From: Myxococcales bacterium
GTDB taxonomy: Bacteria > Myxococcota_A > UBA9042 > JABWCM01 > BTVJ01
Direction of reading: 5' to 3'
Length of the DNA stretch: 64,000 nt
NCBI GenBank assembly: GCA_045863395.1
Contig: BTVJ01000014.1
Coordinates: 64,001-128,000 of the forward strand
Positions 47,901 through 55,947 of the stretch are shown here, in pieces (within the stretch, counting starts at the first letter, position 1; every line of letters starts with the position of its first letter). Position numbers and translations under genes: made by a program. The notes under the pieces are model-generated. The model was not told the origin of the DNA, searched no databases, and saw only the letters and a list, made by a program, of their open reading frames with translations.

Positions 47901-50345
47901 GACCTGGAGGACCTCTCCCTCGCCGACCTGCGCCCGTGGGTCCCCGCGCCGCCCTCCGGAGCGCCGTTGAGCGGCACCATGCGGGCCCGCGTCAACGTCG
48001 CCGGGCCGCGCTCCAGTCCCCTCGGCACCATCTCCCTGACGGTGCTGGACGTGGCGCTCGGGCCCCTCAAGAAGGCGGAGCTGCGAGGGCAGATCACCCT
48101 GGACGAGGCCGGCACCCACGGGACCGTGGCCGCCGCCCGGGGGGGCAAGGGGCTCCTGCGGGCCACGCTGGCGGCCCCCGTGAACCTCGCGTGGGTGGCG
48201 GCCCACCCGGACCCGGCGCGAGCGCTCGCGGACGGCCTGTCGGAGCGCCCGTTCTCGCTGCGACTGGAGCTGGACGACCTGCGCCTCGCCGAGCTCCCTT
48301 ACACGGAGCCGCTGGGCCGGGAGCTGCGTCGCGTCATGGTGGGCGCGGACCTGGCGCTGTCGGGGACCCTCGGGGAGCCACGGGTGGAGGGGAGGCTCCG
48401 TGCCAGCGATCTCCCCCTCGGGAACGGGAGGGGGCGCGCTGCGGTGACACTGGCCACAGAGGAAGAAGATCTGTCCGTCGACCTGCTCCTGAGCACGCGG
48501 ACGAGGCGCCTCCTCGAGGGTCACGTCCAGCTCCCCCGGGCGGTGACGGGACTCCTCCGGGGGTTGGACCCCATGGAGCTGCTGAAAGACCCGCTGCTGC
48601 TGGTCTGGCTGGCGAGCGAGCTGGACGTGCCGACCTTGGCGGAGCTGCTGCCCGGAGTCGGCGTGCTGCTGGGCAACGCGGTGTTCGATCCCCAGCTCCT
48701 GCTCACCGTCGTCGCCCGTGGCGATCCACTGGGCCCCACGGCACACGTGGTCGCCTCCTTGGCCAGCGCGGGCAAGCGCGTGCCGCCGGAGCAGCAGGGC
48801 ATCGCGCGCAGCGTGCACGTCGCCCTGGAGCTGCTGCCCGGCGGCACCCACCTGTCGACGGTGATCGATCAGGGGGAGGGGCGAGGGACGCTGACGGCGT
48901 TCGGATCCATCGGCATCGGCTCGGGGGACCTGATCTCCCCGGGCACCATCCCGGCTGATCCGGCCTTGCGGGGCATCGTCGAGTCCCGCTCCTTCGATCT
49001 GGCGGGCCTCTCCCGGCTGCTGCCCGACGTGTTCGGGCCCTCGCGGGGGGCGCTGACGGTCGACCTGACGCTGGGGGGCACGGTCGGTCGTCCGACCCTC
49101 TCCGGGGCGCTGGAGGCCTTCTTCGAGGAGCTGTCCCTGGCGATCCTCGGGCTCAATCGGAGCGACGCCATGCTGCGTATCGACATCGACAGCGACGCGG
49201 GACGCCTCGTGCTGACCCCCATCCGCTGGGAGGATGGCGGCGGCTCCCTCGATCTGGAGCTGGCCATGGACGTGCCAGCGCTCGACACGGCGGTGATGAG
49301 GCTCCAGGGCAAGGTGGACCTCCAGTCGTTCCAGGTGCTCAGGCGCGGAGACGTGCGGGCCAAGCTGTCTGGTGAGGTGGAGCTGGCGGGGACCCTGGCG
49401 GCGCCCTCGGTCCGCGGCAACGTGACGGTGGACGACGCGCTGATCGACCCCCAGGTCGGGAGCCGCAGCCTTCGTGACATCGGGCCCCCAGAGGACGTGG
49501 TCTACGCTGCCGCGTGGGAGCTGGAGGCCCTGCGCTCTGCCACGGGGGGGCAGCCCGTGCAGGCGCCGAGGAACGGCCTGGTGCTGGAGCTGGGGGTGAC
49601 CATTCCGCCCCGGGCAGCCCACCTGCGCAGCGCCATGCTGGACATCTTCGTGGAGGGCGACCTGCAGATTCAGCGCTTCGGTGGCGGGACGTCCATCGAG
49701 GGCGTAGTGAGCGTGGTCGAGGGGTCGGTGGAGCTGGAGGGCCGGCGGTTCGTCATCGCCGAGGACTCGCGGGTGATCTTCGGAGGCGGCCAGTCCGTGG
49801 ACCCCCTGCTTCAGATCATCGCCGACTTCGACATCGCGGACGTGGACCTCAGCCCGATCGGGCTGTCCGCCGAGGCCGGCTCCCGCATCTCGGTGGAGGT
49901 GAGCGGCCGCGCGAGCCAGCCCCGGGTGACCTTGCGGAGCGACCCGCCGATGGACGAGACCAACATCATGTCCATCCTGCTCCTGGGAAACCCCCTCGGC
50001 GGTGGCGGCGCGGAGGCGACCGCCGCCCTGGAGCGCGGCGCCACGGGCGTGTTCGTGGGCGCGGCCACGGGCCGCTTCACCCGCCTCGTGCAGTCGGCCC
50101 TGTCCATCGACGTCCTGCGGGTCGAGGGCGGTGAGCAGAGCCTCGCCGACGCCAAGGTCACGGTCGGCAAGCGCATCACCCGCGACCTGCTCCTGATGTA
50201 CCACGCCAACCTGGGCGCCAAGGAGGGCGAGAACGCCAACGAGGTCCGCGTCGACTACCGCATCTACAAGGGCCTCCACCTGGAGACCCGCTTCGGCGAC
50301 GCGGGCCGAGGCACCCTGGATCTCATGTACCGTTGGCGGTACTGA
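44949..50345 (+). CDS. tamB: Translocation and assembly module TamB
   Basis: N-terminal TM followed by TDWGR, long beta-taco repeats, DUF490-like C-terminus (VTVGKRIT, DLMYRWRY); TGATG coupling to tamA. Confidence 0.9.
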   Translation: MARQPKTPKRRSRLRRVLRWLLIGLGSLLGLVVLAVGAVLVLLHTDWGRAVAARAGLRALNDMVRGEVRVERLEGSVFGGLAVVGAEVRDPEGELVASAARIEVEWDPWALLGERVAIHRVRVVEPSFTLGDAEGRIAVARAFEPVSPSVSPPSTEPSAWAILVERAVIERGTFSMGPGQGELHVADLELDVAVSVVLAGDLVWEGLELSATIPPVGAVRVASSGRLGPAGLRIDAARVEAAGSRVVARGRVGTLDRPRGDVNIEARLDLDAVAAALPDVPLTGTMDVSGRLHGGYDGATLALRLDGAGGHATAQAWAALASGGMRWEASVQGRKLAPGRVMRGLDLPLVADVDVTARGKGGIPAGRASASVELLRLEGAPAPPLPLTLAATLDDGRARAHVRSAGKGVERVDVWADARIAEPRAGLEKGAPARVTPAAAAPLGGTVGWDVRGLDLRLIGALTGMPDLAGRVDVLSGVARAALPDGGAPSVSATVALTAHEVHAQGVDAERVQLRGAGSWAGGLPDAAVDVTVNGARGYDGAVSRVRASVRVAERGGEAHARGRVRVDDARWREAAVAHLTVPFEATSPLDARRLPVGRVAVSLQDARFEEHSIATLSTDQVLTHVGRSDRTTGPLRATGLRSGGMSLASVTGRVGARKGGVTGLVRIDAALAALGARLGPHERAARVGLDARVRLTPGRAGVAAEGTVEVQDLRAARLVQVAAARARFDAVVGRGNPVANATVQATGVALPERTLDSVDLRAALAADGRVSLAGSAQGGDVRLSVDATGALPRGPRDPIAVTLRELRLEGPEAGIASTGSATVRIDPGGDLEVRGLELAGLGELPGSIVVDGAWGPRRFDGRVDVRALPVARWVEAARHLTGLDTIALPGVEGTVTVEATTAGPPGAPTIYAKVGVEGGAVGGMDGVGANLEAWLEPGWAHVKGHAAWRGESRIELDVRVPFAVSAVPLAFTWVEDQPVSARVDLEDLSLADLRPWVPAPPSGAPLSGTMRARVNVAGPRSSPLGTISLTVLDVALGPLKKAELRGQITLDEAGTHGTVAAARGGKGLLRATLAAPVNLAWVAAHPDPARALADGLSERPFSLRLELDDLRLAELPYTEPLGRELRRVMVGADLALSGTLGEPRVEGRLRASDLPLGNGRGRAAVTLATEEEDLSVDLLLSTRTRRLLEGHVQLPRAVTGLLRGLDPMELLKDPLLLVWLASELDVPTLAELLPGVGVLLGNAVFDPQLLLTVVARGDPLGPTAHVVASLASAGKRVPPEQQGIARSVHVALELLPGGTHLSTVIDQGEGRGTLTAFGSIGIGSGDLISPGTIPADPALRGIVESRSFDLAGLSRLLPDVFGPSRGALTVDLTLGGTVGRPTLSGALEAFFEELSLAILGLNRSDAMLRIDIDSDAGRLVLTPIRWEDGGGSLDLELAMDVPALDTAVMRLQGKVDLQSFQVLRRGDVRAKLSGEVELAGTLAAPSVRGNVTVDDALIDPQVGSRSLRDIGPPEDVVYAAAWELEALRSATGGQPVQAPRNGLVLELGVTIPPRAAHLRSAMLDIFVEGDLQIQRFGGGTSIEGVVSVVEGSVELEGRRFVIAEDSRVIFGGGQSVDPLLQIIADFDIADVDLSPIGLSAEAGSRISVEVSGRASQPRVTLRSDPPMDETNIMSILLLGNPLGGGGAEATAALERGATGVFVGAATGRFTRLVQSALSIDVLRVEGGEQSLADAKVTVGKRITRDLLLMYHANLGAKEGENANEVRVDYRIYKGLHLETRFGDAGRGTLDLMYRWRY

Positions 50346-50412
50346 GCCCTCGGGGGGCTTGAAGCGGCCGCCGGGCAGGTCTACCGTCAGGAGGCGACGT
50401 GGAGGTGTCCTC

Positions 50413-51411
50413 ATGCGATGGATCGTGGCGGTAGCGGTGCTCGGGTGGGCCGGAGGAGCGCGCGCCGGCGCCATGGAGGACTGCACGAAGCATGTGGGCT
50501 GCCTCGACTACTACGACTGCGAGGACCCGTCCAAGTGCACAGGCAAGTGCAAGCCCCCCGCGACGGAGCTCTGGACCAAGCTGGAGAGCTGCGGGGTCCA
50601 GTACTCCTGCTCCAAGGTCTTCGACTTCCAGGACTACGCCGCCTGCCTGCAGAAGAAGTGCGCCGCCCACTGGGAGAAGTGCGTAGGACCCGACGAGCCC
50701 GAGCCCGAAGGGTGTGGCGACGTGTCCTGGGAGGGGGAGTGCGACGGGGACACCGTGCTCTGGTGCGAGGGCGGAGCGGTGCTGTCCCTGGACTGCGCCG
50801 AGGACGGCCAGGGGTGCGGCTGGTCTGACGAGGGCGGGTACTACGACTGCGTAGAGGTGGGCGGGGGCGGAGGCGGGTGCGGCGGGCTCAACGAGGAGGG
50901 GGAGTGCGACGGCGCTCGGGTGCGGTGGTGCGAGGGCGGCACCCCACGGTCTCTCGACTGCGCCGAGGGAGGCGAGTCCTGCGGCTGGTCCGACGAGGGT
51001 GGGTACTACGACTGCGTCGAGGGTGGGGGTGGCGGTGGGGGCAGCGGTGGGGGCAGCGGTGGGGGCGGCGCCGGTGGTGGGGGCGCCGGTGGTGGGGGCG
51101 ACGCCGGTGGTGGGGGCGACGCCGGTGGTGGGGCCAGCGGTGGCGATGCCGACGGCGGCGGTGGGGCCAGTGGCGGCGGCGCGAGCGGGGCGCGAGGCAC
51201 CTCGGGGAGCGGCGACCCGTCGGGCGGCGGCTCCGCGCCGAGCGGGGTCATTGGGGGCGAGGGCTCCGGCCCCACCACCACGACCACGACGAGGCGGATC
51301 CGCACTGACGGCTGCGAGTCGCGTGAGGCGCCGGTGGGCGCGGCCGGCGCTCTGCTGGCGGGGCTGGCGTTGCTGTCGTGGCGGCGGGCGAAGGGGCACC
51401 GCAACCGGTAG
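50413..51411 (+). CDS. Cys-rich surface protein with Gly-rich linker and MYXO-CTERM-like tail
   Basis: Signal peptide, duplicated EGECDG...WCEGG...DC...CGWSDEGGYYDC, and C-terminal GC...GALLAGLALLSWRR. Confidence 0.8.
   Translation: MRWIVAVAVLGWAGGARAGAMEDCTKHVGCLDYYDCEDPSKCTGKCKPPATELWTKLESCGVQYSCSKVFDFQDYAACLQKKCAAHWEKCVGPDEPEPEGCGDVSWEGECDGDTVLWCEGGAVLSLDCAEDGQGCGWSDEGGYYDCVEVGGGGGGCGGLNEEGECDGARVRWCEGGTPRSLDCAEGGESCGWSDEGGYYDCVEGGGGGGGSGGGSGGGGAGGGGAGGGGDAGGGGDAGGGASGGDADGGGGASGGGASGARGTSGSGDPSGGGSAPSGVIGGEGSGPTTTTTTRRIRTDGCESREAPVGAAGALLAGLALLSWRRAKGHRNR
51022..51190 (+). repeat. Gly-coding tandem repeats of 12-18 bp
   Basis: GGTGGGGGCAGC and GCCGGTGGTGGGGGC(GAC) units. Confidence 0.8.
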
Positions 51412-51423
51412 CGCGACGGCGGG

Positions 51424-51822
51424 TCAGTCGTTCAGGGCGGCCCGCGCCTCCTCCCCGGTGCGCAGGATCAACGGTCTCAGGCGCAAATCCAGCTTCAGCC
51501 AGGCCCGCTTCGCCTCGTCGGGGACCCCGTGGTCCTCCAGCACCTGTCGCAGGATGGCGTGGCGCCGGTCGAAGTGCCCGGGCAGGATGGGCAGTGCCTC
51601 GTGAGCCTCCCGGACCGGCTTCCCCGTATACTCCACGGCGCCGCCAAGGGCTCGCCCCATGAAGCGCGTCTGCATCTCGACCAGGTGCTCCTTGGGGTGG
51701 GGCTGGAAGAAGAAGCCGATGAGGATGTCCGCGTACAGGCGGTCATAGAAGTCCGCGAGGATGCGCCGCAGGCCGTCCAGGCCGCCGAGCTGATCGAGGG
51801 TCGGTGGTGTGGGGGGCGTCAT
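51424..51822 (-). CDS. Group 1 truncated hemoglobin
   Basis: LGG..G, DFYDRL (B10 Tyr), IGFFF, Q..F...LGG...Y.G, EAH (proximal His), HFD. Confidence 0.85.
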   Translation of the reverse strand: MTPPTPPTLDQLGGLDGLRRILADFYDRLYADILIGFFFQPHPKEHLVEMQTRFMGRALGGAVEYTGKPVREAHEALPILPGHFDRRHAILRQVLEDHGVPDEAKRAWLKLDLRLRPLILRTGEEARAALND

Positions 51823-52045
51823 CGAGCAGAGCCTACATCCGCGGTGTGTCTGGCGCCAGCGGCGGTGTTGCCGCGTTGGAAGAGAGGGCAGGGAGGAGAA
51901 GCCCCGGTCGAGATCGGCTGGCTGGCACGTCTCCTGGGTGTCCTCGGGCTCCTCCTCCCCGCGCCTGTCTGCTTCAACCCGCCGCGCGCGCCCAACCTTC
52001 CCACCAAGGCTTGCGCTGCCACTCCCGCGCGCGCACGATGAACCC

Positions 52046-52636
52046 GTGGATGGCCGACCCACACTGCTGCTCGACGTCATGGGGACCCTGGTCCACGACC
52101 CCATCCACGACGCGATCCCCGGCTTCTTCGGGACCTCGCTGGAGGCGCTCGTCCCGCAGCTCCGCGCGGGCCTCTGGGTGGACTTCGAGCTCGGGCGCAT
52201 CGACGAGGCGACCTTGCTGACGCGCTTCTTTCGCGACGACCGGGCCTTCGATCACGGCGCGTTCCTGGAGCGACTGCGCGCGGCCTATCGGTGGCTCGAC
52301 GGGGTGGAGGCGCTGCTCACCGAGCTCCAGCGGCGCGGGACCCCCATGCACGTCCTGTCCAACTACCCGGTCTGGTGGCGCATGATCGAGGAGCGGCTCG
52401 GGCTGTCGCGCTACCTGCCCTGGACCTTCGTGTCCTGCCGGACGGGGGTGCGCAAGCCCGCTCCCGAGGCGTACCTGGGGGCGGCGCGGGGCTTGGGCAT
52501 CGCCCCCGACCGGTGTCTCCTCGTCGACGACAGGGAGGGTAACTGCGAGGCGGCGTGGGCGGTCGGCATGCCCGCCGTCCATCGAACGACCCTGGCTGCG
52601 CTTCGCTCCGACCTCGAGGCGCACGGACTCCTGTGA
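52046..52636 (+). CDS. HAD-family phosphatase, FMN hydrolase-like
   Basis: DVMGTL, LSNYP, RKP.PE.Y, LVDDR..N. Confidence 0.85.
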   Translation: MDGRPTLLLDVMGTLVHDPIHDAIPGFFGTSLEALVPQLRAGLWVDFELGRIDEATLLTRFFRDDRAFDHGAFLERLRAAYRWLDGVEALLTELQRRGTPMHVLSNYPVWWRMIEERLGLSRYLPWTFVSCRTGVRKPAPEAYLGAARGLGIAPDRCLLVDDREGNCEAAWAVGMPAVHRTTLAALRSDLEAHGLL

Positions 52637-52644
52637 GGTGACCC

Positions 52645-52827
52645 ATGGAGCGCTGCATCGAGACACGCTGCCCGACCTGCGGCGAGCTCACCGCCGTCAG
52701 CGTCGACCTGGACGAAGGGCACGGCGAGGTGGCGGAGGACTGCCAGGTCTGCTGCCGGCCCCTCCACGTGACCGTGGAGGTGGACAGGGGCGAGATCGTG
52801 CACGTGGAGACCGGCTCGGGCTGGTAG
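52645..52827 (+). CDS. CPXCG-motif cysteine-rich zinc-ribbon protein
   Basis: CPTCGE...EDCQVCCRP; GAGG RBS. Confidence 0.88.
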   Translation: MERCIETRCPTCGELTAVSVDLDEGHGEVAEDCQVCCRPLHVTVEVDRGEIVHVETGSGW

Positions 52828-52841
52828 ACGCCAGCGCGGCG

Positions 52842-53702
52842 TCACGGACCGGCGATGGCGCGGACGACCACGCTTGCACACGTCAGCCCGAAGGTGCCCG
52901 TGACGAAGCTGGCGGTGCCGTAGATGACGTTGCGGTCCTCGCAGGAGTGGAGGTCGTTCTTGCCACCCGGGCATACGCACCGGAACCCCTGCCCGTCGTC
53001 GTAGTGAAGCTCCAGGGGCTCGCGGATGGGCTCCGTGGAGTACACGGCGGGGATCCCCAGCTCTCCCTTTCTCGGCAGCCCGTGGTTCTGGCGCAGGATC
53101 TTGCGGACCGCCGCCGCCATGGGGTCCACGTGGGTCTTTGCCAGGTCGGCGACGCCGATGGCGGTCGGGTCCATGCGCCCCGACGCCCCGGTGGAGGTGA
53201 CCACCTTCAGGCCGCGCTCCCGGCAGGTGACCAGCAGGTGGCACTTGGCGGTGATGTTGTCGATGGCGTCCACGATCCAGTCGGGTGCCAGCGCCAGGAT
53301 GTCCTCGAACGTGTTGCGGTTGTAGAACATCGTCAGCGGGTCCACGCGGGCCTGCGGGTTGACCAGGGCCAGGCGCTCCGCTAGCACCGTCGCCTTGTAC
53401 TTCCCGATGGTGCCCTTCATGGCCTGGAGCTGGCGGTTGGAGTTGGTGACGCACACCTTGTCGAAGTCCACCAGGGTCAGGCGCCCGACGCCGCTCCGTG
53501 CGAGGGCCTCGGCCGCGAAGGAGCCCACGCCACCGAGACCGATGACCATGACGTGCGACGCGAAGAGGCGCTCCATGGCCTCGTCGCCCACCAGCCGTCC
53601 CATGCGGTCGAAGCGCCGGTGGAGGCGGTAGCGGTCCTCGACCTCCGTGTCGGTGCGGGACGTGGCGGTGAGGCCCGCGGGAAGCTCACAGGCTCGGGTC
53701 AT
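52842..53702 (-). CDS. tcdA: tRNA threonylcarbamoyladenosine dehydratase (ThiF family)
   Basis: GLGGVGSFAAEALARSGVG, DFD.VCVTNSNRQ, DAID...AK, DPT, VYSTE, GT.SFV. Confidence 0.9.
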   Translation of the reverse strand: MTRACELPAGLTATSRTDTEVEDRYRLHRRFDRMGRLVGDEAMERLFASHVMVIGLGGVGSFAAEALARSGVGRLTLVDFDKVCVTNSNRQLQAMKGTIGKYKATVLAERLALVNPQARVDPLTMFYNRNTFEDILALAPDWIVDAIDNITAKCHLLVTCRERGLKVVTSTGASGRMDPTAIGVADLAKTHVDPMAAAVRKILRQNHGLPRKGELGIPAVYSTEPIREPLELHYDDGQGFRCVCPGGKNDLHSCEDRNVIYGTASFVTGTFGLTCASVVVRAIAGP

Positions 53703-54499
53703 GGGGCCTCCGTCAGAGTGGGGAAGAGGGCACGGGCGTTGCGCGCCGTCAGCTCGGCGATGTGGTCCGGGGCGACCCCGCGCGCCTCCGCCACGGCGGC
53801 GACCACCAAGGGCAGGTGGGCAGGCTCGTTGCGGCCTTGGACGGGAGTGGGCGGCTGGTCCGGCGCATCCGTCTCCACCAGCAGGCGGTCCTCGGGGACC
53901 AGGCGCGCGGACTCGTGGAGCCGCGTCGCGCCGGGCCGCGCCACGGGGCCCGCGAAGCTGACGTGCAGCCCGAGGTTGACATAATCGCGGACCAGATCCG
54001 GGGGCCCGCTGAAGCTGTGGATCATGCCCCCCGCACGGGGGAGGCCGTCCTGCCGCAGCACCTCCAGGGCGCGCCCGTGGGCATGGAGGATGTGGAGGAC
54101 CACGGGGAGGTCGCGATCCCGAGCCAGCGCGAGCTGCTGCCGCAGGGCGTGCTCCTGGCGGTCGAGGGTCGCCCGCAGGGCAGGGGTGTAGCCATCGAGG
54201 CCCACCTCTCCGAGGCCGGCAGGGGGCGTCATGCTGGGCGCGTCGAGGGTCATGTCCAGCGCGTAGAGCAGCGCCGCCAGGGAGTCCTCGCTCACCTCGG
54301 CCACCACGCGGGGGTGGACGCCGTAGGTGACGGCGACGCCTGGGGTGGAGCGCGCCAGCTCGTCCTGCGCCCGCCAGCCGGGCGGGTCCACGCCAGCGAC
54401 CACGAAGCCGCGCACTCCCGCTGCCCGGGCCCGGGCCACCACATCCGCGCGGTCCGGCGCGAAGCGGGCGTCGTCCAGGTGGCAGTGCGCGTCGATCAC
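53699..54499 (-). CDS. tatD: TatD-family hydrolase/DNase
   Basis: IDAHCHL, GVHP, GEVGLD, HSFSG, LVETDAP, NEPA. Confidence 0.93.
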   Translation of the reverse strand: MIDAHCHLDDARFAPDRADVVARARAAGVRGFVVAGVDPPGWRAQDELARSTPGVAVTYGVHPRVVAEVSEDSLAALLYALDMTLDAPSMTPPAGLGEVGLDGYTPALRATLDRQEHALRQQLALARDRDLPVVLHILHAHGRALEVLRQDGLPRAGGMIHSFSGPPDLVRDYVNLGLHVSFAGPVARPGATRLHESARLVPEDRLLVETDAPDQPPTPVQGRNEPAHLPLVVAAVAEARGVAPDHIAELTARNARALFPTLTEAP

Positions 54500-55767
54500 G
54501 GGCACTCGCGGATCATGCGATCCAGGCGGTCGAGGCCCTCGCGCACCGCGCCGGCGTCGGGGCCGTAGCTGATGCGCACGTACTGCTTGAGGCGCGAGGG
54601 GATGTGGCTCCGCCGCTTGCCGGGGTTCACGTCGAAGAACTCCCCGGGCACCACGATGACCTTGCGCTCCAGCGCCTCGCGGAAGAAGCCCATGCCGTCG
54701 CGAAGCCGCGGGGGCAGGTTGTCCAGGGAGGCGAAGCAGTAGAAGGCGCCCTGCGGGGCGTTGTGTACGGTCAGCCCCATGGAGCGGACCCGCTCCAGGG
54801 TCATGCGGCGCTTCTCGCCGAAGGCGGCCTGGATGGCGCGGGCCTCCTGGGCGGCGACGTCCTCCTGGACGAGGGGCACTGCCGCCGCCTGGAGCGGGTG
54901 GGGTGGCCCGCCGTCGAGGAAGGAGCCGGCGGACGCGATGCGCTCGATGACCGCCCGGGGCCCCACGGTCCACGAGAGCCGGAAGCCGGGGTAGCGCCAG
55001 TTCTTGCTGAGGCCGTCCACCACCACGACCGGGTCTCGCTCCACGTCCTCCACGTAGGCGCAGGCGCTCACGGAGAGCTCGTCCGGCGCAGCATCGTAGA
55101 GATAGTGGCTGTAGAACTCGTCCACGATGAGCGTGCACGCCAGATCGTGGCAGATCTCGACGAAGGCGCGGAGCGCGCCCCCACGCACCACGTTCCCCGT
55201 GGGGTTGCACGGGTTGGACATCAGGACGGCGCCGAGACCCCGTCCGACGATCTCTTCTCTCAGGCGCTCGGGGGACAGGGCAAAGCCGTCCCGGCGGTCG
55301 AGCACGATGGGCATGGGCACGAAGGCACGGAACACGTCGAGGAGCTCCTCGTAGGCCGTGTAGTCGGGGAGCAGGTGCCCGAGGTGCACGTTGCCCAGCG
55401 TCGCGGCGATGCGCGTCAGGCCGGAGCGCCCGCCCGACGAGATCGCCACGTTCTCCGCGTGGTAGCGGCTGCCCATGCCGCGCCGGTAGCGCCGGTTGTA
55501 GAGGTCGGCCACCGCCTCGCGCAGCTCGGGCAGCCCCGCCACGGGCGCGTACTCGCACATGGCAGCGTTGACCGCGATGTGCTCGATGCGGGGGGCGCTG
55601 CCGGGCAGCGGACCGGCCTCCGGGGCGCCCTGGCCCAGGTTGCACCAGTCGGGGTGCCCGTAGGAGAAGCCGCGCTGGGCGGCCTCGCTCATCACGTAGA
55701 TCACGCCGGTGCGGGGCACGGGGCGGAAGCTCGCGAGTGAGTCTCGCGGCTCGGTGGGGAGCGCCAT
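54496..55767 (-). CDS. PLP-dependent class I/II aminotransferase
   Basis: NLGQGAPE, G..ELREAVA, SNPCNPTG, DEFY, LSKNWRYPGFR. Confidence 0.92.
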   Translation of the reverse strand: MALPTEPRDSLASFRPVPRTGVIYVMSEAAQRGFSYGHPDWCNLGQGAPEAGPLPGSAPRIEHIAVNAAMCEYAPVAGLPELREAVADLYNRRYRRGMGSRYHAENVAISSGGRSGLTRIAATLGNVHLGHLLPDYTAYEELLDVFRAFVPMPIVLDRRDGFALSPERLREEIVGRGLGAVLMSNPCNPTGNVVRGGALRAFVEICHDLACTLIVDEFYSHYLYDAAPDELSVSACAYVEDVERDPVVVVDGLSKNWRYPGFRLSWTVGPRAVIERIASAGSFLDGGPPHPLQAAAVPLVQEDVAAQEARAIQAAFGEKRRMTLERVRSMGLTVHNAPQGAFYCFASLDNLPPRLRDGMGFFREALERKVIVVPGEFFDVNPGKRRSHIPSRLKQYVRISYGPDAGAVREGLDRLDRMIRECP

Positions 55768-55947
55768 GGGGTACCCTCGACGGTCCGAGCATCACGCGGG
55801 GCGGAGCGGCGTCCGCCCCCTCCAGAGGGCGGAATGGTGCCGGAAACGGGCTCTCGCGGTCAATGGTGGCGACGATGAGCGGCGTGGCCCCCTCCCGCGG
55901 GCTCCGCGGGCTCGACCGGGCGCCCGAATCGAGCTACCGTCGGCGCC

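Noticed and set aside
53699..54499. TatD as part of an anti-phage system such as QatABCD
   Set aside because: No QueC-like or KAP ATPase partners are present and the context is housekeeping.
53699..55795. Apparent long fusion ORFs: TatD 698 aa; also 3661-5205, 6634-8463, 33203-34468, 15199-17430
   Set aside because: The N-terminal extensions are out-of-frame reads through adjacent genes or intergenic DNA. The real starts are internal, supported by an RBS or stop/start overlap in most cases.
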